NCBI GenBank assembly: GCA_973851085.1
Contig: OZ316775.1
Span: 4,340,001 to 4,404,000, forward strand
DNA length: 64,000 bases
DNA from: Ptychomitrium polyphyllum
Lineage: Eukaryota
Direction: 5' to 3'
Position numbers and translations under genes: made by a program. The notes under the pieces are model-generated. The model ran no database searches. It saw only the letters and a program-made list of their open reading frames with translations, and was not told the origin of the DNA. This document shows, one piece after another, positions 26,601-47,297 of this stretch; position 1 is the stretch's first letter; every line of letters begins with the position of its first letter.

Positions 26601-27210
26601 TAAATAAATTCAATAAATTCAATAAAAAACTATTTATAATAAGTTTCAAAAGTCTACTTCTATTTAATAAATAAACCATAATTTTTTACATTTATAGTTG
26701 TAATAATATACAATATAAACTTATAAAAAAAATTATAGAAAAATTTCTATTATTATGACTTCCAAATGTAAAAAGTTTAATAAGTTATAATAATATAAAT
26801 CTTTGTCACAAAAACATATGTAGCTTCCAGTGACATATTATTATATATTTTTGATATATATTGAATAAATTGTAGCACACGTCATATACTTTGAACTTTG
26901 AGCAATATCTACTTTAATCAATAATTAACCTAATTAGATATTATTCACTAGTTACAATTTAATTTATAAATATCATCCAATAAATATAAATTTAACATCT
27001 AATTAAAAACATACTAAAGTGTATAAATTCATGTTAAATAGTTATTGATGTACTCTCTATTTTTTATGAAAACCATCTTATATGATTTTCATTCATAACA
27101 AGTTAAGGAAAAATTTCACATACAAATTGATATATATGAAACCACTACAAGTGTAAAGTAATATAAGTTATGTACATTTAAATGGAACTGATTAAATGTA
27201 CAATATATCT

Positions 27211-34722
<7,512 letters not shown>

Positions 34723-36443
34723 GTTGGTCTCCTCTGACAGGACGCCCTGAAGCAATAAAAGTAAAATTGCTCAATCCTACAAATTGTACCCCGCGTCCAC
34801 TTGATATAGAAAGGCAAGGAAAAAAACGAGATCCGCACCAAAACCAAGAAAATGAAAAATTGAAGGCAGCCTTATCCCATTGTGTCCACCTTCCGCAGAG
34901 CGTAAAGAAGAGCCTGAGATTGACCAAACCCGAAGCAGTAAGGCAGCAGACCCCTCGTTCTCGGATCTCCTCTCGTTGAGATGCCATGATTGCAATACTG
35001 TATTCCAAAGTCAAAAGTGTGGCCAATAACCGATCGCAAGAAATCATATAAGCAAACACCTTTGAACCGAGATGATCACGCAACTTCTGCTCGAATACAC
35101 ACCAAACATACGACAAAAACCATGTTTCCTCCCCCGATCAAACAACAATGGACAAAAATCAACTCATCTGGATGTCACACAACCAGCAAACCTGGTAAAT
35201 CGTTACAGCAATGAGAGACATAAAACCACATACCTGTAGAAGAGTAAGTCAGAAGCACAGCGTGCTGACTCCTGATGAAAAGCTTCCAAAAGAAACAGCA
35301 ACCCACGCCCCAAAATAGGAAATCGCCAACACCTGCTCGGAAATCGGAAAGCACAACACAGAACCCCCAAAAATACGAACTTGACAAGCACAGAGGCAGA
35401 GAAGAAGAGGACCAGAGCGAGTCAAGAACAATAACCCTCGTGGTGTTATAACTGTTATTAGACCGTCTCTCCCTTTCTCTATTGTCCTTATGGTTATGGT
35501 TATGGTTCAAACCAGGTATAACACTACACTACCACCGTCTCCGATCTCACTAATAGTGCTCTCTCTCTCTCTCTCACTACTCCATGTAACCGAAGCACCT
35601 AACAAAAGAAAAGCTCACACAACTCTTGCAGGAGGACCTATATCCCTCACTAACTTGCTTAAAGCTGATTGCTTTCACGCTGATCTCTAAACTTAGCTAC
35701 CTGCGGCAACGATTCTGCTGGCTTCTATGATCAACCAAACTGGATTTGCATGAAGAACTGGAAACTGGGAAACCGCGCTACATACAAATTCTACCACAGT
35801 ACAGCGTTCGTTCGTTAGACTCCGTTTCCGTCGGGTCAGCGACGTCCCAAGGTGGAGATCCAAAGCAGTCGGAACCTTCGTTCGTCCGTTGGGCCCCAGA
35901 CTCGTCAGGTCGTCGTTCAACCACACGAGCATTGCTAGCCTGCCGTCACAAATAATGCCAATTGGAGCGGCATCTGCACTATGATCAGTCAAAGCTTGCA
36001 CTTTGCGTTATTGGTCGGAGTCCGCAATCGGTGTGAGGATTTCGGGATTGCATGCCTCTGCATCACGCTTGAAGCATGTTGGTTGAGGCAATGAGGAGAT
36101 GGATAGGGAGTAGAAATAGAAGAAAGGACATGAGTGTTCGATTGTGTGTACAAGATTGCGAATGGACAGTAGCGCTGGCTGATGGTGGTGGATTCCGGCG
36201 AGGATTGAGTCTGCGTTTTGGACATCTTATCTGGAGCTGATGTGATGGCTATGGACCTTTCTGCGAATGATTGTTCCAGCATTGTCGTTCTTATCTGTGT
36301 TACGGTGATAGAAATTTCAATCACGTGAGTGGAATTGGAGCTTTGGCTACAGAGTTCGTGGAGGTAAGGAGTGGTAGTTTGAGCTGCGAAGCGCTTCTCT
36401 CCACAGATTTGGCGATTCTCTCTTGCGGGAGCTCATTTTGGCC

Positions 36444-37782
36444 ATGGCGACCAGGAATTTTCATTCGGTTTACTTTCTGGCTCTCGTGCTGTCACTCGCG
36501 GTGCTGTCCGCTGATGGGCGGAGGGGTGGCGCTATTGAGGAGAGAGGGATGTGCGCGACGGTAGTGAATGGAACGGGATACCCTTGTAAGGAGTACACGG
36601 TAGAGACGCAGGACGGGTTCTTATTAGGGTTGCAGAGAATCTCACACGGGGTTGAGAGCGCCAACGGGACGAAGCGGCTGCCTGTGCTACTACAGCATGG
36701 GTTGCTCCAAGGCGGCGACAATTGGGTGCTCAATCTCCCGGGGCAGTCTCTGGGTTTCATCCTAGCTGACGAAGGGTTTGACGTGTGGATTGCCAACGGA
36801 CGCGGAACGCGATGGAGCCATGGCCACAAGACATATTCCAAGCACGACAGGAAGTATTGGGACTGGACTTGGGACGAGCTCGCAGAGTACGACCTCCCCG
36901 CCATGCTCGAGTTTGTCATGACCACGACCGGGTCGAAGGTGTTCTACGTCGGACACTCCCAGGTGAGAATCCATCGCCATGCCAATCACTCTGCTCTCTC
37001 TCTCTCTCTACTACCATCGCTGGAGCTCACCAAATCCTAACTGTTCGGTGCAGGGGACAATCATGGGGTTAGCTTCATTCTCGCAACCAGTAGTGACCGA
37101 CATGCTAGCCGCGGCGGCGTTGCTGAGCCCCATCACATACCTGGACCACATCTCCTCGAACTTCATCAACGCGGCGGCGCACCACTACATCGACAGGATG
37201 GTGAAGACCATGGGCGTGCGCGAGTTCAACCTCCGGAACGACGTGGGAGTGAAGCTGATGGACTGGGTGTGCCAGCGAGGGGACGTCGACTGTGGCGACC
37301 TCTTGGCGGCCATCACGGGCCCCAACTGCTGCTTCAACGGCACTCGCATCCCCTACTACCTGCAGTTCGAGCCGCACTCCACCTCTTTGAAGAATCTGGC
37401 TCACCTAGCGCAAATGATCAGGAGAGGGACATTCTCCAAGTACGACTATGGCGCCTTGGGCAACCTGCAGCACTACTTGAGCTTGTCGCCGCCAGCTTAC
37501 GATCTCACCATCATCCCAGGCTCTCTTCCGCTGTGGATGGCGTCTGGAGGCAACGACGCTTTGGCTGACCCTGTCGATGTGATCCGCACCATCGAGCAGC
37601 TCCGGAGCAAACCAGAGGTGATAGTTCTGCCTGAATATGGTCACATTGATTTCGTTCTTAGTATCCAAGCGAAGGAGGATTTGTACGACAGCATGATTGC
37701 CTTCTTCAGATCTCATACGGACCGTTGCGTGTTCAACCCTGCTTTGGTCACCCAGGTTCCAAGACTGTCGGCTGTTTGGTAG
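36444..37782 (+). CDS. Secreted/vacuolar triacylglycerol lipase (LIP1 / lysosomal acid lipase family), ~415 aa, 2 exons
   Basis: Exons 36444-36962 and 37054-37782. Hydrophobic signal peptide, PVLLQHGLL, GFDVWIANGRGT, WDWTWDELAEYDLPA, nucleophile motif GHSQ|G, catalytic Asp in NDALAD and His in YGHIDF. Confidence 0.95.
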
Positions 37783-38831
37783 TGTGTTTGATTCTGAGCT
37801 CTCCGAGGTGTAGTATGTGGCTCGAATTGCCACACTTCCATGTGTGCTTTGTGTGTAAGTTGCTCCTGTAGGTTTAGCTTATGTACAGGTTTTGGATCGA
37901 TATCCTGGACTCTGAGGTGATTCTGTTAATTTAATGCACCGACAGTCTGTAAGAGAGTTCGAGATTGTACATACCTCTAGCTGACACGTGATGATTTTGA
38001 ACTAATCTTCCTTAGCTTGGTACTTTGAAGGGTTATGGAGGGTTCCAAAGTGTACAAACTATACATTTTTATTTTCCATAGGTTTTTGTTGTCTATTGAT
38101 TCTAAGTTTATTCACATAGCGAGTTTGGCATTTTAAAAGCACATGTAGATTTGGTGAATTTTAGATTAAGCATGTAAATGATGGGTAGGCTTTTTAGCCA
38201 AAATACACTTGTTTACAAGCTTGGTCCATGTATTGTCCATGACAAAGTTTAAGCAAATATGCTTTTTTGAATATATAATGTTTGATTAGTTCAAAATTTA
38301 TTGAATGGTTATTTGTGTATGATTTTATTTTTGTCTATTTTGCTATGTTTTAGAAGTTTTTTCCAAACATTAAAGACCACCAATCATTGTATAAGAAATA
38401 AGGTGTGGAATGTGCATGTTTATATAAACGTCTAACATTTCTATGATCAATATTCAAAACTATTGCATGAACACAGGCTTTGTGTAATACAATAAGATAT
38501 ATATGTTTTTGTTGTAGTTGAATTATATTATTTAGGATTATTTTATCTAAGTGGTTATTGTATTGAATAGAAGTTTTGTTTGTATATTCAAAAAATGCAA
38601 TCTAGAAAGATGTGTGTTACTTTGTTGTGGTGTATATTGGTGATCTATTAAAAAAAATTATATAAAGCCATAAGTATTACTTTAAGGATGTTTTACATTT
38701 AAAAGAATCTTTTTGCAAATATAAATTTTTTAATGGAATTGTATATATAAAAGCTAACTTTTTTTCTTTTTCATTCATCATGGCTAATTTGTTTTATTAA
38801 TTTAAAAAAACCATATGTTGTCATAGACAAA

Positions 38832-39168
38832 GTAAAAACAAGGCAAGGCTTCAAAATTTTAGAATACAGAATAAAATATTTCCAAAGTATATTAAAAATA
38901 AAGAGCTATAAACAAGTATAGAGATAAGACTAGGAAGTCTTAGCTAAACCACAAAAGACGCATTGTTAAGATTGAATGTTTTTTCATTCTTAACTTTTAT
39001 ATGCATTAGGATTATAAGCCTTGGAGCCTTCTTGAAATGTTTTCAATATAATGCTTTGTACTCAAGCAACCTTAAACTGCTTCATTAGAAACTTCCTTTG
39101 CCAAAGTAACTTCTTTGGAAGCTTCATTGGTCTTTTGAAACCTTCTAAGAACCTTTCTAGAAGCTTCA
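38832..39168 (-). mobile_element. Degenerate/partial LTR, family A (same family as 40111-40434 and 45282-47381)
   Basis: Colinear similarity by eye with the other two copies: ACAAGGCAAGGCTT...AAAGTATATTA...GCATTGTT...AAGCCTTGGA...CAAGCAACCTTA. Confidence 0.7.
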
Positions 39169-40110
39169 AATAAAAAAAAAAAATTTAAAAAAAATAAAAT
39201 ATATATATATATATATATATAAAAATAAGACATCACCTCTTCTTCTACCTTAAAGGTTTTCAAAGAGCATGTTGCAAGAAGTGCTTAAAGCCATAGAAAG
39301 TCCAAAATTTGTTACATGGTATTTATAACGTATTCTAATTACTTTTCACAATACAAATTATTCATGGATCTTTACAACTATCAATGCTGACCAATGCCTT
39401 CTATTTGAAACCAAGCATGAATTTCTATATTTTTCTTTTAAAAGCGTTCTTTAATTATTGCTTTTAAATAATCCTCATTGATAAGCTCTACTTCAAAGAT
39501 GTTCACTAACAATCTATTACTAAATATCCTTTGATGTATTCTTGTTTCAATTTGTTCTTTGTTTTGAAGTTATCAACATGAGCTATTTGATTGAAATTAC
39601 ACCATTGCCATAGTATCCACATCTTGACTATCCAAATTTAATATATTGAAGTAATCTTAAGTATATATGATAAACTCAAAGTTCAAAAGACTAGATTTTA
39701 TGTCATATATGGAGTTTGTATGGATATTATTGATAGAACTCACAAATTTTTATTAGCAAATTAGCAAGTTTGTTAGATGTGTCCCATATACATTTATAAA
39801 TGTCATATATGTACCAGTAGACCACATATTAAAACTTTCTACGTTTTATCCATAAAACAACCACTTTTTCTCCTTCAAATTCATATTATTAGTTTTTATC
39901 AAAGATAGTGGCAGCTATCTTTGTCTAGGGATAAATAATTCTTTACAAGTTCCTAAAACTGAAACTTGGAAATTGGATGTACATTCATTGATATTGGTAG
40001 CTTCAAACAATAATCATATGATTGATTTGTTTTAAATTGCAAATGGTTCCATCCTACAATAATCTAATTAATTGCATGGCTTATTAGTCTTTAATCCACT
40101 TCAAATAGAG

Positions 40111-40434
40111 TAATAACAAGGCAAGGCTTTAGGATTCTAAGATATGAAACAAATATGTGTAAAGTATATTAGAAGTAAAGAACTATAATAAGGTACAAAG
40201 ACTAGATTAGGAGATTTGAGTTAAAACACAAGAAATGCATTGTTGAGACTAAAGATCTCTTAAGCCTCAATTCCTATATATACTAGGACTACAAGCCTTG
40301 GAAGCTTCTTGAGAAGCTTCTACTACATTACTTTGTATACAAGCAATCTTAGATTATTTCCTTAGAAGCTTCTTTAGCCTTCTTAAACTTTCTAAGAAGC
40401 TTTTTAAATGCTTTTAAAATGTATATCCGTAACA
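40111..40434 (-). mobile_element. LTR, family A, abutting the truncated integrase
   Basis: On the - strand it begins TGTTACGGATAT (+ strand ...TATATCCGTAACA). It is similar along its length to 45282-45579 joined to 47298-47381. Confidence 0.75.
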
Positions 40435-43400
40435 TGCGTTTGTTGGGTGCAAGCATGAGCGCTATTGTTGTAGGCAAACTCAGCCAATGTCAAGTAGAAA
40501 ATACAATCATTTTGTTTGGTAGTTGATGGTATACCTCAAATATTAATCCAAAATCTGGTTGACTTGCTCTGTTTGGCCATCGGTCTAAGAATGGAAGGCA
40601 GAAAAAAGTTTTATGTCCACTTTAAAGATTTAGAAGAGCGACTTCCAAAATCTTGATACAAATTGTGGTCTACAATCTGATATAGGAATTACACGAGAAT
40701 ATAAATTCCTTAACGGCCTTCCACATTTGAGGCCACCAAAAGTCTAGAGAATAGAATTCCAAGGTTTTGTTGAATCCAAAATGTCCAGCTACAAGAAAAT
40801 CATGACTTGTTTGAAGTATACAAAAGCGAATTGGTCCTTTAAGAATATATAGACGTTTTTAAAAATAGAAAAGGTTGTCCTCAATCTTGATTTTAGATAC
40901 ATCTTTAAGGAGGTTGTTAGAATGACGCTTGATATTAAGAACAAGAGGGTTAGTTGTAGATGCCATATGAACGTGGTCAAGGAATGATGAATGTTGAAAT
41001 GGTGAATGTGCGTATACAAAATTGTTTGGGCGTCAACACACTTCCTTGTTGTTGATTGTATGTTGCCTCTCCCTCTTTTGGCACAAGATATGACCACCTT
41101 GACAAAGCATCTAATAACGCTTGCTATTTTTTGGGTCAATATGTGATGCAGAAATCAAATTGAAATAGAAATATATTCCAATAAGCTTGGTGGCAATTCA
41201 AAACATGGGCTAATATGAAATATTCTAGGTTCTTCTAGTTTGTATATACATTAACCGGATGCACGGCACCTTTGAGCAAATGACGCCATTCTTGGAAGAA
41301 ATCCTTAATTGCAAGGAGTTCCTTGTTGTGGATCTCATAGTTGATTTCTACAGCTAAATTTTTTTTGGAATGAAATGCAACTGGATGGAGTCTCCCTTAT
41401 CTTCTTGACTGTGACAAAATTACTCCTAATGCAAAATTAGAAGCATCTATCTCAAGATCAAATTGCTTTAAAATGTTTAGATGGACCAGAATAGGAGCTG
41501 TGGTAAAAACTTATTTTAAACTTTGGAATGCATCTTCAGCATCGGATTTCCACTCAAGTTTTTCCTTGCATGATATTTGGATGAGTGGTGCAGCTGTTTG
41601 AGAATAATCCTTGATGAAGATCTTATAGAAGTTTGCAAATCCAAAAAAACATTGGACCTCATGTACCAATTTTGGCCTTGTCCAATTGTTGATTGCTTTA
41701 ATCTTCTTTGGATCCATCAATAGTCCTTTATTAGAGATGATATATTTAAAGAATTCCACTTGAAACTTATGGAATACATATTTCTCCAGTTTGACATACA
41801 AATCGGCATATCGTAGCTTTTGTAGGTCTACGCGGACATACCGTTTATGTTCCTCTAGATTCTTTGATTATATCAAGATCTCATCTAAATAACATACAAT
41901 AAAATCATTGAGGTATTCTCGAAATATGCCACTCATTAAATGCTGAAAAATGGCAGATGCTTTGATAAGCTCAAAACGCATGACATTGTATTTAATATAT
42001 CCATATCTTATTTGAATTGTTGTTTTCCATTTGTCTTTTTTTTTCATGCGCACTAAGTTGTAGGCCTCTTGTAGGTCTACTTTAGTATAGATCTTTGTTT
42101 GATCAAAAGCCCAGATATAAGTAGCAATGGATACCGATTCTTCACCGTCATTTTGTTGAAGCCACAGTGATCAACACACATTCGTAAAGATTCATCTTTT
42201 TTCTTTACAAAAAATATCAAAGCACTATCCAAAACTTTAAATGTCAAATGAAGTTCTTGACTAAATTTTCATCAATATACTCCCTTAATGCCATAAACTT
42301 GTTTTGGAATGAATTATAGATAGGTTCAAATGAAAATTAGGCGCTATCTTTGATGTCGCAACCCTTGCAATGCACCTTAGCAAGCGTCACGCGCGTCAAC
42401 TCTGTACACCTCCACATGCACATGGTTAACCCCCATTCTCACTTTCCAAGTCTTTCTACCAATTCTCTTAGGACACCCAATTTATTAGTAGCCAATGGTT
42501 AGGTGCGGACTTCTATTCATGTCCAAGGCCTCAATTGGTATTACTCCCATTCCACACGGCCTACCTGCACTTAGTGGTGTCTCCTCACCACCACTCATGA
42601 TGCCCAAGTAATCCTAAGATCACCCCGGGCCATCATGGTGCCGGCGTGAAGACACCACCCCAATTTAGTGGTCACAAGCGTACCCTTTTGAACGTGCTAG
42701 TTCCCTTTGTGAAACCGGCTGTCCACCGGCTCACAATGGTGTGGGAGTCCCCGTGGTGAAGCCCCAACACTAGCTCCACCAACTGGGACTCATCCTTGAT
42801 CTCTACCGGGACACTAAAGGAGTGGGGAGGGGGACCAGTCCTCCCTTATAGTACTCTCTGTGGGATTCAGTAGGCCCCCTGGCCCTCTGGAGCTAGCTGA
42901 ACCCCGACACACCTAGAGTTTTGGAAGACCACCCGATCCCCCTTGGGACTTAGCCGCTGGAAGCCTCTGGGACTCCCAGCGGACCTTCAGGGCGCCATAT
43001 CTTCTTCATTTGGTGTCCGAATGTATCAAGCGACCACTCTATCGTCATTTACTCTTCGCGTAGATGCCGATAGACTCCTCAAACGTCCGATTTGGATTAG
43101 TATTGTGGAAGATACGCCTCTCCCAAGGTTCGGGACTCCCGGGGAGTTCCTCCCTGGACTATCCCACTCCAGCACAATCACTGTGTAGGGCTGCCACACT
43201 CCAGAACAGCCCCTTGGCAACCCCAACTTTGGGGTGCCATAACTTTTAGCTCCCATGTCCGATTTGGTCAATCCTTAGCATTCTAGAATCAGCTCTTCAT
43301 GATTCCTTTAATGCCCACGATTTATCCCTCGTGGCCCTCGATCTACATGGGCAAGGATGTTTCTCCCCTAGGGGTCCTTCCCATGTTAGGCCCACTCAGT

Positions 43401-45250
43401 TCTCCTCACTATCGGCGCCACAAGTCCCGGACGTCACTTCGGGGTCCCCCTTGTGCCTTTAGTGTTGCGGGCACTCCTCAAGGCGAGGTGCGCGACATTT
43501 GAGGTCTATAGCATAATCGTAGGGACAATGTTTTGGGAGGGTGTTCACATTTTTTATTTTGAATACATCATTGAATTCCTTATGCTTTTCTGGAATGGTT
43601 GAGGATGAAGCCAAAACTTTAGACGTTGGCGTTACATTCACGATAAAAGAAGAATCAATCTTTATTGCTCTCATAAATGCTCTAGCGCTAATAAAAAAAA
43701 GGCTTTATGGTTTTAGATCTATAAGATGCTTCAACTTCTTCTTTAGGCTTAGTAGTTATAGGTTCTAATGTTAAAAACATTATTTTCTGAGATCCCCAAT
43801 CTATCTACAAGTTATACTTTTCAAGCCAAGAAAGTCCTAAATAATAGAATTTGACGGAGACTTAATGATATTAAATACCACTTAGCTACTGTGGTTGTTC
43901 AATGTTATTGTAAATAGATTGGTCTCAAAAATAACATCTTTGAAAGATAACGGTCAACCATCTATAACCACAGTATGGATGGATTTGGATTTTCTAATAA
44001 AAAAAAATTTATAGATTTTCAAAAAAAGATTGTCAATAAAACAAGCAAAGGCTCTTGAATCTATTAGAGCAAGACTTTTGAGCTTTTAAACACCTAAATA
44101 CATAGGTTTAATAAAATAAGAAGAAGAATGAACTGATAGAATATGACCTTTTTCTTTTTGCAAAGAAAGTAGATCCAGCTGCACGATCCCTATTGTGGCT
44201 AGAGGTTCTCATTTACCTGCAAAGCATTGGATGTTGTGGTTGTATTCCTCATTCAATATGTACGTAGAGGCTTCTCTAGGCAGTTATCAACCTTGTGGCC
44301 AAGTTTTTTACAATACAAATAGAACCCTTGCTCCATTTATTGTTTCTTCTCATATTTAATAAGGGGCTCGAGATAAACCGCTTCAATTTGCATGGCTTCT
44401 GTTTTCAATTACTTATTAGAGGTGGATGAAGCTAAAGGTACTGAAAAGTTGATATATGGCTAATGTTGCATGCAAGTTGTCAAAATTCCAATGCATAAGT
44501 TGACATCAAATGTGGCCCTTGGCACAAGGTACAAATTGTAGTAGTTGCAAAACGAAGCTTGCTTTGGTCACCAATTGCTTCTGCAAACACAACTAAAAAC
44601 GCCTCAAAGTTTCCAAGTATGGAAGATTTATTTTCAAAAAGTAGTGCAAACAAGGATATTGCTGGTCCTGATAATAACGTTTCCATCAAACCAATGCGTG
44701 AAGTGTTTGTAGAATACCATTGAAATTGAAGTAAAACAATAAATTAAACTTGGTTTACAAAGCCTCCAAATTTTGAACATGTATCGTCAAACTTCTCCAA
44801 AATGCTAATTCTTGGTTCTTTAGCCGTTGACATTGAATTCCAAGCTTGAACTTGTCCGTCTTCTACAAAGTATGGTTTAGATGATGAAGCAGCTAAGTTG
44901 ACTTGGAAGAACAACTGTGGTGCTTCTGCTCCTTGACCATTATGTGTGGTCAAATATAATTATTCATTTTGCTTAGATAAAGTCTCGGTTTTGATCCTCA
45001 ATGCTTCAAAGGCATTAGTAATGGAATATAACTTGGCTTCATTTTAATCAATCATATTGACTTCTTCACCTCTTGGTATAGAAATGAAATGGAAACAAAT
45101 AAAAACAACTAAATATGCAAAAAATCAAAAAAAATTCAACAGGCAATATTGATCCAGAGGAGGGAAATCTGCAACTTCTAGAGTGTAATAGTGCTTTTAA
45201 GAAGAAAAGTGATCCGCTCTCTATTAAAAAAGACGAAGCTTTGATATTAT
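40435..45250 (-). mobile_element. Decayed Ty3/gypsy internal region (gag-PR-RT-RNaseH-INT pseudogene)
   Basis: Remnants occur in gypsy order on the - strand. PBS-like TAATATCAAAGC (from TGGTATCAGAGC) at 45238-45249; gag KEPRISILEKFD; CCHC LYCKKLGHKVDNC; protease ALIDS; RT PYDYAIDL and CYLDEILI; linker FFGFANFYKIFIKDYS; RNase[30 protein letters not shown] and TDGQTEQVNQ..EFAYNN. Many stops and frameshifts. Confidence 0.93.
42354..43497. mobile_element. Solo LTR, family B (1144 bp), inserted into the gypsy pol
   Basis: Termini TGTCGCA...GCGCGACA with a perfect 5-bp TSD TTTGA (42349-42353 and 43498-43502). It is much more GC-rich than its host, and excising it restores YAIDL-K-DSA. Confidence 0.95.
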
Positions 45251-45579
45251 TGTAAATCATCTCGACAAACTATTACAAACAAGATAACGACAAGACAAAA
45301 TTTCAAAATTTTGGGATGTAGAATAAAATATGTCCAAGGTATATTAAAAGTAAAGAACTATAACAAGGTATAAAAACAAGGCCAGAAGGTCTAAGCTAGA
45401 TTACAAAGATGCTTTGTCAAGATTGAAGATTCTTTCAACCTCGACTTCTATATATACTAAGACTATAAGCTTTGGAAGGTTTTTGAGAAGCTTCTATTAT
45501 ATTGCTTCATACTCAAACAACCTCAAGTTTATTCTTTGGAAATTTCTTAAGTAGAGGTAACTTCTTTGGAAGCATCCTA

Positions 45580-47297
45580 TGTCGCAACCGTTGCAATGCA
45601 CCTTAACAAGCGTTACGTACACCAACCCTGTACACCACCACATACCATGGTTAACCTCCATTTTTAATTTCCAAGCCCAAGGCTTGGTATCCAACTCTTC
45701 CTTCTCAATTCCTTTAAGACATCAAATTGGTCAATAGCCAATGGTAAAATGCGGACTTACATTCATGTCCAAGAGCTCACTTGGTATTACTCCCATTCTA
45801 CACAACCTAATTGCACATACTAATGTCAGTTACGGACATAGATCACGCAACATAGTCTTTGGAATCTTCTAAAACCTTCTAGTGTATTATAGTAGCTTCT
45901 TAGAATATTTTTTAAATGTCTCCATAGCCGTTTTCATGTTTTTAGGAAATTTCCTAGATAAATTCTGCTACCTCAAAAAACTTCCTAAAAAAATTCCATC
46001 ACCTCAAAAATCTTCCTAGAAAGGTTCTAGCTCTTTAGAAAACTTTCTACAAAGATTCCACCACCTTAAAAAATTTCCAAGGAAGGTTCCAAAATCTTAG
46101 GAAACTTCTTGGGAAGGTTCCATAGACTTCTAAAATATTCTTAAGCCTTATAGAAAGTTTCTTTAGAAGAATCCTAGGAGATAAAATAGGAAGATTATAA
46201 TATAAATAGGAGGCAATACAAGGTATTCCTTAGTCTTACCAATACAAGTTTTGGATCATCTTATATTTTGCCTTGTTCTAGTCTTTGTATCAAGTTCTTC
46301 TTAATCATTAGCTTTTTGGAAGCTAATTCATAGGAAACACTTTGTTTTTGTTCTAGTTTCTTATGTTCCTAACAGTATTTCCTCACTACTAGTCATGATC
46401 TTCATGTGATTCCAAGGTCGCCTTGGGCCACCATGGTGCTAGTATAAAGATACCACCTCAAAGTAGTAAAACCTCAAGCACACTTTAGAACTCATTACTT
46501 CCTTTCTTAAAACTAGCCACACACCAATTTATAATGGTGTAGAAGTTTCCGTGGTGAAGTCCCAACACTAGCTCCATGCAACAAGATTCCTCCTGGGTTA
46601 CTACAAAGATACTATGGAAGTGAGGAGGAAAACCAACCTTCCCTTATAGTACTCTCTATGGAATTTGACAAGCCCCTTGGCTCTCTGTAGCTAGCCAAAC
46701 CCCGACATATCCAAAACTTTGGAAGACCATCCAATCCTCCTCGGAACTTAGCCTCTAAGAGCCATTGGAACTTCCTACAACCTTTAGGATTCAATATCTT
46801 CCACGTTCAACGTTCAAATTTATTAAGCAACCACTTTATTATCATCTATTTTTTACATAGATGCCGATAAATTCCTCAAATGTTCAATTTGAATTAATAT
46901 TTTGGGATATATGCCTCTCCCAAGGTTCGGAATTCTCGGAAAGTCTTTCTTTGCACTATCTCTGTCCAACACAATCATAGTCCATGACAGCCACAATCCA
47001 TAACAGCCCTTGGACAACCCCAACTTTGTAGTTCCCTTATCTTTTAGCTTCCTTGTCCAATTTGAACGAGCCTTAGCATTCTAGAATCAACTTGTCGTGA
47101 AGCATCCAATGTCTTTGTCTTCTTCCTTGTGGCTCTTAGTCTTTGTGGGCAAAGATATTCTTCTCTTTTGAGGTCCTTTTCCTCACTAGGTCCACTCAAG
47201 CCACCTCACCATCGGCGCCACAAGTCTTGGACGTCACTTTAAGATCCCCCTTGTACCCTTAGTGTTGCGGGCATTCTTCAAGGAGAAGTGTGCAACA
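45580..47297. mobile_element. Second, more decayed solo LTR of family B, itself carrying an insertion
   Basis: Termini TGTCGCA...TGCAACA with TSD TCCTA/TTCTA (4 of 5 match). Colinear with 42354-43497 except for about 550 bp extra. Confidence 0.9.
45828..46374 (+). mobile_element. Solo LTR (family A-related, opposite orientation) nested in the second family B LTR
   Basis: Starts (A)GTTACGGACATA, ends GTTCCTAACA and has an internal TATAAATAGG. The flanks ATGTC/GTATT can both derive from the single GTGTC at the empty site in the first family B copy. Confidence 0.75.

Noticed and set aside
42943..43502. Short ORFs inside the solo LTR
   Set aside because: They have no recognisable domain and are not preserved in the second copy.
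42354..47297. The two family B repeats as the paired LTRs of one element enclosing gag-protease
   Set aside because: Each copy has its own TSD, they differ in degree of decay, and the enclosed gag-PR continues into pol beyond the left copy.
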